From Girardia tigrina (Eukaryota): a stretch of 64,000 nt of DNA. Below, in pieces: positions 11,965 through 25,074 of this stretch. The stretch's first letter is position 1. Every line of letters starts with the position of its first letter. A model generated the notes under the pieces. It did no database searches. It was not told the origin of the DNA and was given only the letters and a program-made list of their open reading frames with translations. Where the stretch lies: the NCBI GenBank assembly GCA_001938485.1, contig MQRK01251327.1, positions 1 to 64,000 on the forward strand, written 5' to 3'. Position numbers and translations under genes: made by a program.

Positions 11965-13664
11965 AATTGCAACAAACCTTTTAATGCACCATGTAAAATT
12001 GTAACAAGACCTATACAACGGATGGATAGTTAAAGCGAAATTTACTGATCCATTACCGAACCCGTGGCAGTACCAGTAGTACTAATGTTTCACAAAATAA
12101 CGTAGATAAAGGATGTACAAATCTTTGAACCAGATCGCAATGTATGATGTGTCAGTGCCTCTCAGCGGTAGCGCGAAGATGGACTCAGGATTGATAACAA
12201 TGGTGGTTCTCGACTTATAGTTAAGTAATACATCTGATGTAGGGATATTTCGGTGTCACTTTACTCATTGTACGAAATGTGTTTACGCAGCCAAAGCTCT
12301 ACAGAATGGCACGAAGGATCATGACTGGTCCCTTCTGACTGGGAAACCGAAGCGTTGCCGTGCACTGAAAGCTAGCATTCTTGCATCTAAAACCGCGCGA
12401 GAATGTCAGTAGGCTCTGTATTGTCTATTTATGGTTTATAACCGATACAGAGTCTATGGCTCACTACCCTGTACGCCAATGATACTTCAAACTTTCTATG
12501 TCATCTTCTGTTTGCAAGCTTTTTTCCGTTCAGTCTGGAGAGGCTTATTATTAAAAAGGTTTTTATCAAATTCTTTTTTCGAAAGTAGAATAAGCTCATT
12601 CTTATTAATTATAATTAAAATAAATTTCTTATTGAAATAATTATTGAATATTTTGACCATATCCAATTTTACTATGGTAGTTCTACTTTTTTTCAAAAAC
12701 AACATCGACAGCAAGATAATTGCATTATTGTTTTGATGAAACAGCGAAAATTTTATTTATTTTGCATAGGTTTCTTTTACAAGTTCTTCTTTTTGGTTTT
12801 TGTTGTTGTTAAGATTTCCATAATAAATAAAGATAAAATTTTAAAAATTAACTGATTTAACAAATGTAGGAATGCGGACTAACTAACATTCAATTACATT
12901 ATTAATGAAAGATTATTGAAAGTTAGACATAAAGGTGATAAGCATTAAAAAGATCTGGAAATAATATTCCTGTATATAAAATATAAAATAATAATTGTAA
13001 GTGTTAAAAAGTAATCGAAAATCTTTTTCTAAATTTTGTAAGATATTAGTAAATATTATAAGCACGTATTCTCATCTCTGGCTTGTAAACAGAAAATGAT
13101 GTAGCAAGTTTGAAGTACCATCTAGAGATTTTAGTTATAATTGATTTTTAAATAATAAAATTAAAGCCTTGCGGTAAGTAAAACATAATATATATATTAA
13201 CTATTTCTAATAAAAATCGAGTAAATAACACATAAAACACCATTTTGATAAAAACATGTTTTGGTAGTTTTGGTTTATTCAGTTGTTTAATTGAAAATTT
13301 CAAATTCGAATCATTTACATAGCGACATGCCATTTAGTAACATTACCTGACTTTCATTACTTAAATAATATTTTTTTATATATTTTTTATTTATTTTTTA
13401 TATTTAAATAATATATCTAAAACAATTAGTATTTTGAAAATTTAAAAAAATCCCGTCTCCCCTGAAAAATTTTAATTATGATCTTAATTACCCATAAGTT
13501 TTGGAGAACATAGACACTTTTCTTCCTCAAAACATTAAACATACTGTAGATAACAAAATCCTTCTATCTATAAAAGTCAGTAATAAACAATGGCCAAGTG
13601 ATATTAGTTGTATTAGTGGTATTTCGATGGTATTATAAATTTTATTATTTTAATAATAATTAAT

Positions 13665-14228
13665 TTAATTTTTTGAACTGTAAAAATAAAAACTGGAAAA
13701 AGAAAACAAGTTGGACGGGATTCCGTGTCTCCACGATATTTTAGGCTGAGAATAATTACTTTGTTTACGATAATTACTGTTTTTAAATTTATCGTCATTG
13801 AAACTCAGACAATTTTTAACGAAGCAATATAAAAGGTTGTGAGGGCAATAAGCTGCACCGGCACTCAATAACAGTTGACAAATTCGATAGTTTCCACAAG
13901 AAACCGTAAGATCCAATGGTGTGAGGCCAGTTTCTTTATCGACAAAATTCACTTCGCAATTTTTATTCATCAATGACTGAACTATTTGCTCGTTCTCATT
14001 CCAAACCGCCCACCACAACGGCCTCCGGTGGTGCAAGCCATCAGAATCAAGATCGGCACCCTTTCCAATCAGAAAGTTGACGGCAGAGACATTTATTCTC
14101 TCACAAAACACACGCAAAGGATAAGACACGTCAGAACAATATATTTTTGCCTCCTTTGCAATTTTATCGGCAATCTTCAAACGTTTAAGAATGTGATCAA
14201 TCTCTTTCGAATTCAATACTAACGACAT
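13665..14228 (-). CDS. Intronless ankyrin-repeat protein (about 3 repeats), C-terminus possibly frameshifted
   Basis: AVNFLIGKGADLD, RRPLWWAVWNENEQIVQSLMNKNCEVN and GLTPLDLTVSCGNYRICQLLLSAGA fit the ankyrin consensus. Confidence 0.7.
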   Translation of the reverse strand: MSLVLNSKEIDHILKRLKIADKIAKEAKIYCSDVSYPLRVFCERINVSAVNFLIGKGADLDSDGLHHRRPLWWAVWNENEQIVQSLMNKNCEVNFVDKETGLTPLDLTVSCGNYRICQLLLSAGAAYCPHNLLYCFVKNCLSFNDDKFKNSNYRKQSNYSQPKISWRHGIPSNLFSFSSFYFYSSKN

Positions 14229-15749
14229 TTATATATATATATTTTTTCTTTTTTTTTAAAAAGGAGCAAGAACGATTTATTTTCAAAAAAAATTGAATTG
14301 GATCACAGTTCACCTTTTTCCCCTTTTCAAATCAAAATTGTTATTGACAAATTTTTTTTTTAAATTGGTTATGAAAAAATTGTGATCATAATTCACAATT
14401 AAGATGATAACACACAGACATAACAAACACAAACGCACTTTAACCAATCAATTATACATATTCAAACAATTACATTGCATAATCACACATACATGCAATC
14501 ATTCAGATTCATACAAACAAAAATAAAAATACATACTTACATTGACAGAAAGCTCAATTAAAAAACTCCAAAGAAAAAAAGGAGGCTCACAACCGACAAT
14601 CACACTCTATACATGATTCAAATATCGATTGCATAATTTGCCATTTTCCACCGACCAAGCAAACACGAGTGTGCGCATTCCGAACTCTCCAAATCTTTAT
14701 TTATGAATCTAATTTTGAAACACTACAGTTTTAATTAACAACCGTTCTTGATACATTTACTTTTGATTTATTTTGATTGATATTTTATTTAAATGTTTTT
14801 AAATATTCACATATTCTTTCTTTAATAAACATTTATTTATATTTTTGATTTAATTTCTTTTTTATTTATTTAACTTATTTATTTAATTTAATTAATTTAT
14901 TTAATTATTTAATTACTTTATTTTTACTTAATTATTTTAATTTCTTTTTAATTAATTTATTTAATTTTATTTAATTAATTTAATAATTTAATTATTTAAA
15001 TATATATTTTTATCTATATACATTGAAACTGGCAAATAAATGTTCGGTCAAAATTGGCAATTCTCCGCTCCACAAGTATTGTGTAATATTATGTCCCCCT
15101 GAAATATTTTTCTGTGTAAATAAAAAATGATAAAAATACTTACATGGAACAATGAAAAAATCTTGCAAAATGAATGATGAAAAATTAATGGATTATAAAA
15201 TATCTTCCACAATTTAAAAGTCGTTACTCAATTTCTTTAACTCCCAAACGAACTTCTGACTTGAACGTCACAAAAATGTACAACTTTTACGTATGAAAGT
15301 ATGACGATAATTTTAAAACATTTCTTAGCTTGCAAATCCAAAAACATTTTAAAAATACTTTTCATCTAAATTTTAACTACCCTCTTTAAAGAAAAGAGTC
15401 GAAAATGTGGTTTCTTAAAAAAAGAAAATTACAGCTACTTTAAACCTGAATGGAAAGGCAGATAGAAGAACAAAACATGTATGATGTAGAACTGTAATGT
15501 AGAACTGTCTGGAAAAACTAAAATAGGAAATCCAAAACGAACCATATTATTATTTCGCGTTTTCTTAAGATATTCAAAAGTCCCTTACATATCTTACGTT
15601 ATTAGTTTTTGTAAAACACTTTAAGCGAAATATGTATATTTTTATTGAAAGGTTTAATAATTTTCCTGATAACAGAATTAACTGTAACTTCCAAAGGTTT
15701 AGAAAAAACTGCATCTTGTTGTCCAAAATATATTCAAAATACTTAAACC

Positions 15750-17495
15750 ATAATTAAGTATGAAACAGTACCCGGTGAAACATGTGAAGAAAAATTAAGA
15801 CCAGCGTTCTCCAAGGAAAAAGCTGTACTATATATAATGAAAGAAATGTTAGATTTGAGAATTGGCTCCAGCGATCCCACAATAATATTTAGAAAGGCAG
15901 ACGAACTAATAGAGAAAATGGTAGAGAAAAAGCTAGGGAAGAAAGAACTATCGAATTTAGTATACGCTAACTTGATAGATGATGATGATGTACAAAAACA
16001 AGTAGCCATTCAAGGTATCACGAAATCTGATGAGATTGAAGAAATACAAACAAGAATGTTCGAACATGAGAAAAAGAAAAGAAATGCACCAGTGGCAGCA
16101 TATAATACAAAAAGAGCAAATGAATGGAAAAAACTGGAAAATAAAAAGAAAACAACAAGACCGCGGAATCGAGAAATTCCAGAAGATACAAGAAGAAATT
16201 TTAAAGTCAGGAAAATTACTTGTTGGGCATGTCATGAAGAAGGACATGTTAGAAGAGATTATCCAAATGTGACATGTAATCATTGCAATAAAAAAGGACA
16301 CATAAGAACACAATGTTATGAAAACCCGAATATTTTTAAGGAACGCGAGGAATGGAAACGGGATAATGGAATAAATCGATGGGAAAATGATAGGAAAAAT
16401 TACTCGAATCAAAGATATAGAGATAGGCCGACGTACACAAATAGGAAATATTCAATAGCGGAATACGACGAATTAGACGATGAATTGTATGAAGGAGATA
16501 ACACTTCAAGACGGGGCTATACCCACGAAACCAATAGAAAAGAATATTCTAAAAGACAGGAATATCCCAGAGGTTACAGAAAATTCAGAGATGATCAAGG
16601 AAACGAGGATGCACGATCACAGGGAGAGGTGATCAGTGTGCTTCATTAGAAAGTCAGTGTAGATGTATGTTTGATTGTACATATTAATGTGTGTGTGTGA
16701 TTGTATTTTTGATTGTATGTATGAAAATATTCCTCTAGAAATGTGTAAATTAGATAGTTTGAATAAAGAAAATTATGAAAAATGTGATAGCATGGATTTT
16801 GAAAAAGAAAGAAAGGAAAGAAATATTACAACAGATATATTAAAAATAACAAAGTTTGACATAAATTATAAAAATTGAAAGAACGGCCAAGTGTAGAATT
16901 TCGTATAAAAGATAAAAATGTTCAGTGCCTTTTAGATACAGGAGCCCGAGTGAATGTCATTAAGGCGGATTTCATCAAAGGTATAAAAAATATTCAGATT
17001 AGAGAAACGAGAAAGCGTATTCACTGTGCGAATGACTCAAAACTTGTAAACTATGGAACTGTACAATTAAAGGTGATGATAGAAAGGGTACAGAAAACAA
17101 TAGAGTTTTATGTTGTCAAAGAAATAGATCCGGAAATGATTGCTAGTATAGATTTTTTGGATAAATTTGGAATAAAACTGAAGAAAGAAGCATCAAATAT
17201 TGATAGGATATTGGCAATTAGAGATAGCCCTTCTGATGAAGATAGATTAAAATGAATAAGAGAATTGTACAATACTACAAGTGAACATGAACTAATGGAA
17301 CTTTTAACAAAGTACAGATCAATATTCATGGCTGATAAATAGGATATTGGAAAAAACTTCGTTAACCAAACACAAGATAGAAACACATGGAGAACCAGTA
17401 TTGGTAAAACCGTATAGACAACCAAAATATTTTGAAGAAAACGATATGATCGAAAAGTGTAGTTCTCCTTGGAACTTTCCTTTAGTATATGTCGT
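15750..17495 (+). mobile_element. Ty3/Gypsy LTR retrotransposon fragment (gag, protease, start of RT)
   Basis: Two zinc knuckles CWACHEEGHVRRDY / CNHCNKKGHIRTQC (15837-16649), aspartic protease CLLDTGARVN (16875-17255), and HKIETHGEPVLVKPYR...IEKCSSPWNFPLVYV preceding RT. Truncated after that. Confidence 0.92.
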
Positions 17496-18099
17496 TTTAT
17501 TTAACAGATTCATTCAATTCAAAGAAGCCGGGTTTGAATTTTTCAAGAATTTTAAAGAGAAAACAAATTTTTCAATCAAAAACAATTTTCGCCCCAAATC
17601 TAAGATTTTATTTATGATTTAAAACAATTTACAAAATTAATGAAATTCAATTAATGTTCATTTTTTGCAAAAAAATCGGTCAATTCAATTCATATCTTTC
17701 AACATTCAAATCAATTCGTCTGTTTATAAAAAAAAATTAATTGTTTTGTTCTTCAAAAAAATATCATTCGAGTTCCGACAAAAATCAATGAACTCAACTC
17801 GAGAACAAAATATTTTAAATCAATTTGAACACAAAAAATTCTGACAAATTTACAAATCACAATTTCGCCATCACTAATCAAAACGACAGATTCATATCCA
17901 AATAATGAAACCGATTGAAAATATTATTACTAAATATACTACTGAGTTAAAAAGATCGATTAAACTTATTTTTTGTAAATGATCAATAATGCAGCTTGAT
18001 TGAGAATTTGAAATTGCGTTTCGGAAAAAATCACCGTTTTCAAACTTTTCAACAATTCGACTTTTTTTTATCATCAAGGTCAAAACATCGCAAAACACC

Positions 18100-20105
18100 G
18101 GGGTTCTTTTCGTGTGGCATCTCCTGGCACCACTAAATTGGGTGATCGTTTTTACCTCCTTATATATCTTATACCTTAATATTCATCTTCTGATGATTCT
18201 TCAGCAGAAGATGAGTACTTATCCTCATTGTTGAGATGTTCAACTCTATCAGCATAAGATTTTAACATCTCATCGAGGACTGCCGGGTCGAATTCTTCTA
18301 TATTATTTCCCATTTGCATTTCCTCCATATTGTCGGGTTCTTCCATGTTCAGTATGGAGTCCATTGGTGCTTCTTCCCTTATTTAGATCCGGTTAAGTCT
18401 TTGGATCCCTCTGCATTTCCCATCCCTGTGAAATACCCATTGTACCGAAGATTACTTGACATTGGATATCTAACACGCTATCACAATGCGCCTAATTGTC
18501 TTCGGTGGGATCGTCAGAATACTCTTTGGAAATGTTCTGATACGCCCTACCTGAAGCATGTAGAGCAGTACCGTTGTATTTGGCATGGCTGTCTGACACG
18601 CTTCTGCCAAGGACTTGTAAAAATCCAGATTCTTCGTGTTACTGTTCTCCATATTTCTTTTGGTGTCATATGGGCACTTTACATCTATTATACATAAGGT
18701 TTTTTGTCCCGGCACCATAATTTGTAGATCTACATGGGACTGTGGTGGAACATATACACATACATCATCCACATTTATGTCACAGTCTAGATGTTGTGTT
18801 ATCTGTTCACCAGAAAATATAATATTTCATTGTGGTGGTACTTTTTAAACTCGGCACTAAAATGATATTCGGTCAAGATATGCACCAGAGTCTCCTTATT
18901 ATGTGGACATCTTCTACAGTGCCTCCCGTATATATCTAATACCTGGTCGGTATTTGACGAACACTGTATATGTCATGGCCTTGTGAAAAAAGTACCATTC
19001 ACTATAGTTCAATGCTCCTCCATACTCTGTACCGTGAAAACTAACTGTGGAGGTTAGACTTCTCACGAATCTCCCAGCACTGCTTTGCTTCAGCCACTTG
19101 TGTGTCCAAGATTTTTCGACAAGTCTTCTAAGTGTCCAGGACACACTTTTAGTCAACATCGGCGTGAGCAGTGTGTTTTCATCAGTGTTGTCCGTAATTA
19201 TCTCTGTCATTCCATTTTCCAATCTTCTCTCCCAGACCAGAGTCTGGTGTACATGAAGACAGAGGCCACGTTCATTCTGCAGTAACTCCACTCTTATTTG
19301 ATGCAGTTTGAATAGTTTGTGAATAACAAACTTTATTTTATCCCACTAGTTCTTTATTTTCCCTGATTGTGTTCCTCTGTTGAGCCAGTTTATAGCAGCC
19401 TCAATAAAGATAAGGTAAAACTTTTTCCACGTTCTACCCGTAGCACCTCACTGGTGCGAAAATAATGTGGCATCTGTTGTCACTATATCACTACAAACAA
19501 TCATTTGAAAGCAGTGAGAAAGTGACTGTATCATGTACTCATCCCATATAGATTTCATGCCCACCCCTCTATTTTCTTTCGGGGTGTCTACATATACATT
19601 GGATGCATTCTTTGGAAGTCCAAAAACTTTCATGTGAAACAACCTAACAATGTTGTCTAGACTGTGTCTGGTTTCAGTATACTATATGGGAGGAAGAAGA
19701 TACGAAATATGAAGATGAGTTTGGAGTGTAAATATACCATGTATGCCTGCAACTTCTGCCAAGGGAATAAGATTGATGTTGTAATCGTTTCTGTTTCCTT
19801 GAATATTGCTGCAAACTACTCTGTTGGCGCGACCGTTATGTTTTCTGAAAAGTGTCCACCAAGGTACACAACAAACTCACCCTCACTTATCTCGGGAATT
19901 TTCTTCTTATATATCTCAATATCTTGATTGGATTTATGGGGATGTACAATATGCGCACACTTGCTGGGTCTGAATTTGATGCCTAACACTTCTGTTAGTT
20001 CAACAGTCTTGTCAACAAATGTTTGCGTAAAGTCTCTAGAGCTAGCAAGAAGCACAAGATCATCAGCATATGCTAAGCAACTAACCTTGTGATTGACAAT
20101 TATCC
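18100..20105 (-). mobile_element. 5'-truncated non-LTR retrotransposon of the R2/NeSL group (RT plus restriction-like endonuclease), decayed
   Basis: CLAYADDLVLLASS (RT motif), VYLG, PKENRGVG, the zinc-knuckle-like RRCPHNKETLVHIL and the REL motif DLQIMVPGQKTLCIIDVKCPYD. Confidence 0.88.
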
Positions 20106-21758
20106 ATTATCATCAAACAAAAATATCGCCGTATTGATTCTTTATCGTAACCCATTTATTTATTGTCGTTTTTAATCACAAATATAAATCAAAAGATTAA
20201 TTTTTTCGAATAATTCTTTTCATTTGTTTACACCACATAAACTCCCAGTACAATTTACTCATTAAAGCAACAAATATTATAACAATTTTTAATTTAATTA
20301 TTTTATTAATCTTTCCTTTTTCTTCTTAATATATAAATCTTTAATTTTTTCTTTAACAATCATTTAATTTGTTTAATCTTCTTTTTTTAACTTTATCAAT
20401 CGTAAAATATATCGTAAAAAAGTAATAATAATGGGTTAACCAAAAATAATCTCACAGTTGAACACTCATAAGTTCATTTCATAGTGATCATTTCATGATT
20501 GTGACTGCAAGTGTCCATTTGATCTTTCGATATCTGATTTTTGAAAAGTCGCACATCACTTTTTTTTAAAAATGCACTTTTTTGACAGATAAGCCGCGGC
20601 TTATATGCGCGATATAACTATATAGAGTTGTTGAAAAGTATGTCTTTTTTGTAATTTTTTTTTTCACTAAAATAAAACCTCGTTTAAATTAGAAAATTGG
20701 ATTTGAAGGAAAGTATTAAAATTTTCTTTGTGTTAATTTATTATTATTTTTTGTGATAAACTGTCAATCATGAAGAATTTTATGATATGGGTTGTATAAG
20801 TCGCAACTACTTTTGTTTCTTTTTAACTTTAATTTTTTCTCAGTTAAGTCTCACCTTATCTTCGCGATAATAAGATATTAAAAAATATAAATAATATTTT
20901 ATATTTTTAAATTTACTTTTATACCATTATTATAAAAATTAGTAATTTTAAGTTTCGCTTTCAATTAAAGGCTGAAGACTTTTAAATATATTTAGCCACA
21001 ATATATTTCAATTGTTCAATCGTCATCGATAGGTTACTGACTAATTTTATGATTCACTTGTTAATAAAACCCACATGATTATTTTAGTCACAAGAGAGAG
21101 AGAGAGTACTTTAAGTATCGGTTTAAAACTTTTTATTCAATTAATATGTACTATTCCTCTTATAACTGTAAATAAATGTTTATAATTCAAGAACAATATT
21201 AACAATATATATTTATAATTAAAACGGAAAGATAAAAATAAGATTAAAAATCTCAATATCAACAGAAACGGAGTAGTATGGAAACAGATTAACAATATAA
21301 GTATCTAACTATTAAATGTCTGAGAATGTAAAACAAGGAACATGAATATTCTTCGAACAATAGGTTAATATAATAATCCAAATTAAATGAGGGTGATTGA
21401 AGTGTTAGTGTTTGACTTGAAATTCTCGGGCCATGATTGATTTGATTTGGAACTAATGAAAGAGGGGCACAATGACGAAAATATCACGATTTGTTTTGCC
21501 TGTGAACAATTTAAGGATAATATTCGTTTTATTATAAAAAATCAATAATAATTAAATAATATATAATGTTTATATTTATAAATATACTATATGATATTTT
21601 AATAAATATAATTGTATCAGTGGTTGTACAATGTGAGGTCCTTAAAATTATATGCGATCAAATGATTGAAATTAAGTTATTTTAAAATTCATCATTCGAG
21701 TGTGAATTATGAGAACAGTTTACCAATAAGACTAATTGATAATGTGTTTCATTATCAA

Positions 21759-24285
21759 CTGGGGTGGGGTCCGGCCCGTAGCCCGTACATTGCCGCCCGG
21801 CCCGAGGTACGGGCTATTATATATAAATTAGCCTCTTCATTTTCCAATATTTTCTGGACATACACATAATTTTAAATACTAAAACACTGAATACCGCATT
21901 ATAACAAGCACTTATGATTACAGTATGCGACAGTTAATACCGCAAAATTTAATACCAAAATATTTAATCCAAAATATTAAAAAATTAAAATGATTATTAA
22001 ATTAAAATAATTATTTGTTTATTTTAACTTTTTATTGTTAATGGAAATTAATATTGCACTACAAACGTTTTTATATTTATTTTATTTAAGTTTTATAACC
22101 TAATTTTTCCAAATTAATACCAAAACATTTAATCCCTAAGAAACACTTAAGTTTATAAAAAAATTAAATGATTAATTTTTTTAAAAAATAAATTTGAAAA
22201 ATTAATTTTATCATTATTTTATTTTGAATAATTTAAATATTTTTAGTTTACAAAATTTGAAAATCTTTTGTCAGAACTCTCCATATAAAATATAAAATAT
22301 TAATTTAATTTTAAATTCAATGCAAATTAATTTAATAAATTAATGGTTTTAGTTTTTTTTCAAAGTTTCTCTTATTTCTACAATTCCTCAGTTACTATCT
22401 ATTCTCATTACTACCTATTCAGATTTCTTTTATAATGATCACTTAAATACAAGTGCAATCTGCAAGATGTGTCTTTCGAAATTTGAGTATCACCAACAGA
22501 AGGCGGGCACCCGTAGTTTGAAACGACATCTACATAATAAACACCCAAAAGTTTCCAGCTTGAAAGAGAAGACCAAGACAACTTTGAGTCAACAGCATCC
22601 TACTCTCATTTCCTGTGGATTTATTGAACCTCGTGCTAAAAAGTGACGCGTTGAAGTATGCACTTTAAAGAAATCTTTTTTAACACTCGCATGTAGTCGC
22701 CATATTCTACCTCTTCAATTCTTTGAAGATCCCATCATTTCCAAAGGCTTTGGTCTGCAATCCATCAGTCGTCATGATGTTAGAAATGACTTGAGGAAAA
22801 TGACAGTTGAAATTAAAAGTGATTTGATGGACAAGCATCGTGATGAGTGGGCATCAATTGTGCTAGATGGTTAGAAAAATCCTGTATCCCACCACAAACA
22901 TTTAACAATCTTATTATTTTTCTCAAATGAACCCTCAAAACCAGTGCTTTTGCAGAGTTTTTTGTTACCTTACAGTAGTGCACTGTCTATTTCAACGTGT
23001 GTATTTGATGTACTTAACAATTTGGATTCTTGGGATATCAAGGTTATCAGTGCTATGACCGACAATGACAGATGTATGGTTGCCGTGATGTAGCTTGTAT
23101 TTCAACAGCACCCTACCGTGTTACCCCTAAGATGTGCTGCTCACATAATCAACCTTATAATTAAAGATGCGTTGAAAAATGTTGATTTCATTAGAGTTGA
23201 TTTTCAAATACTCTCGAGCTACAGTCAGAATGGTATTATAAAGCGCAATTGTGAGACTAGATGGAATAGTGTCTTCGATCGTTTTATTGATCTGGCAAAA
23301 TACCTCCGTGCACAAGATGGGTCATCGCATTGAGAACACAATATCAGCTTTGTCTCCTTTCATTGATGTACTCAATGTTGCTCAAAAGTACGGTTGTGAT
23401 TGGCTGACGTTGTACAAAGAATTCTCCAAAGCAGTAGCAAAGACCTCTGAATCCGATCCGAACCACTTGGCAGCGGTGGCTGAAAATCGCAGACAATTAC
23501 TACTGAATCCAGTTGTTCACCTTGATATGTTTGTGAATGAGCAAACGCAGTTATTTGAAGCTTCTGAAGGTTCGATTTAATCACTCCTTTAAATTTGACA
23601 TTTTCTCTGCAACAATTACTGAAGAATACAGTGAATTCGATTGTATCGGCCATGATGAAGATGATAGTGGTAAGTGAAATCCTTTTTCTTTGTACATGGA
23701 TTTTGAAATAAAGATTTATTCTTAGTTATTTTGAAATTATTTAATAATCATTTAATTTTTTTATAAATTTAATTGTTCCTACTGCATTAAATGTTTTGAT
23801 ATTAATTTGGAATAATTAGGTTATAAAACTTAAATAAAATAAATATAAAAACGTTTTTAATTCAATATTAATTTCCATTAACAATAAAAAGTTAAAATAA
23901 AAAATAATTATTTTAATTTAATAATTATTTTATTTTTTTAATATTTCGGATTAAATATTTTGGTATTAAATTTTGCGGTATTAACTGTCACATACTGTAA
24001 TTATAAGTGCTTGCTGTAACGCGGTATTCATTTTTTAGTATTTAAAATTATGTGTATGTCCAATAAATATTAGAAAATGTAGAGGCTACCTTATATTTTT
24101 GGCCGGGCAGCAAGGTATGGGTTACGGGCCGTAAAATGACAGCCTCCGAATGATGTAAAATTCTGCCGATGAGCGATAGTTAAAAATGTAAATGCGTCAT
24201 GTACTGTAGCCGTAGCTCGTAGCCCGTAATTTGAAGCCCCTAGCCCGTAAAATGACATCCGGGGCCCGTACGGGCTCCACCCCAG
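21759..24285 (+). mobile_element. hAT DNA transposon with both ends, pseudogenised transposase (about 22400-23650)
   Basis: Perfect 8-bp TSD ATTATCAA (21751-21758 and 24286-24293), TIR CTGGGGTGG, long subterminal inverted repeats and GCCCGTA motifs. Protein motifs: BED finger CKMC...LKRHLHNKH, LDG, MTDN, RCAAHIINL, CETRWNS. Confidence 0.95.
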
Positions 24286-24696
24286 ATTATCAACAAAAGT
24301 AAATTTTACATTGTTTCAAAAAGAATAACCCATAAAGTAACAGATTTATTTTTTGAAATATTTTAACTTCTATCTATAGATTTGTACTGAAAACAATTAA
24401 AAGTAAGTTTTTTTTAGAAAATAGAAGCAAAAAATCAACAAAAAACATTTTGTTTTCCAAAAACCATTTGGTGATCGTGGGAGGTACAATTCTGACAAAC
24501 ATTTTAATATCATCAACTTAATAAAAAATAAGTTAAACTAATGATATCCAAATGGGGATTTCAGCATTAAAATATCTTAAAAATACAAATTTCTTAAAAA
24601 AAAGCCTTGAATCTTTCAAATTTTTAAAGAAACTCTCATGAAAAATATTTTGGTCTCAAAATTTTATTTTATAGATGTTTTTTAAGGTTGATTCGA

Positions 24697-24764
24697 TAAT
24701 AATAATAATAATCATTATTATTATTATTATTATTATTATTAATTAATTAATTAATTAATTAATT
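24697..24764. repeat. (AAT)n/(ATT)n/(TTAA)n low-complexity palindromic tract
   Basis: Directly visible. Confidence 0.8.
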
Positions 24765-25074
24765 TCACATGTCGGAAATTTCAAAAATTCATATTTTTGA
24801 AGTATATAGTAACACATATTAAGTAATAGTGATATCCTTCTTGAAACTAAAGTATGTCACAATTGATAACTGTTGAAAACGATTATATAATAATAAAAAA
24901 TACTTTATAAAAAATGTGTCATGGAAAACTGAACGTATAACTTCCTCGTCATGCATACAATTTGATTTTCATTTGCAATTATCATCATTGATGTACGTAT
25001 AAATATATAATAGCAACAACTTACTTTGATTGTTAAATTTGTGAACAATAATTTTAGTTCAGACTATTAAAGCT

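Noticed and set aside
15743-16412. Minus-strand ORFs overlapping gag (and similar antisense ORFs over LCAT-like exons and LINEs)
   Set aside because: These are shadow ORFs of the real plus- or minus-strand coding sequence and have no motifs.
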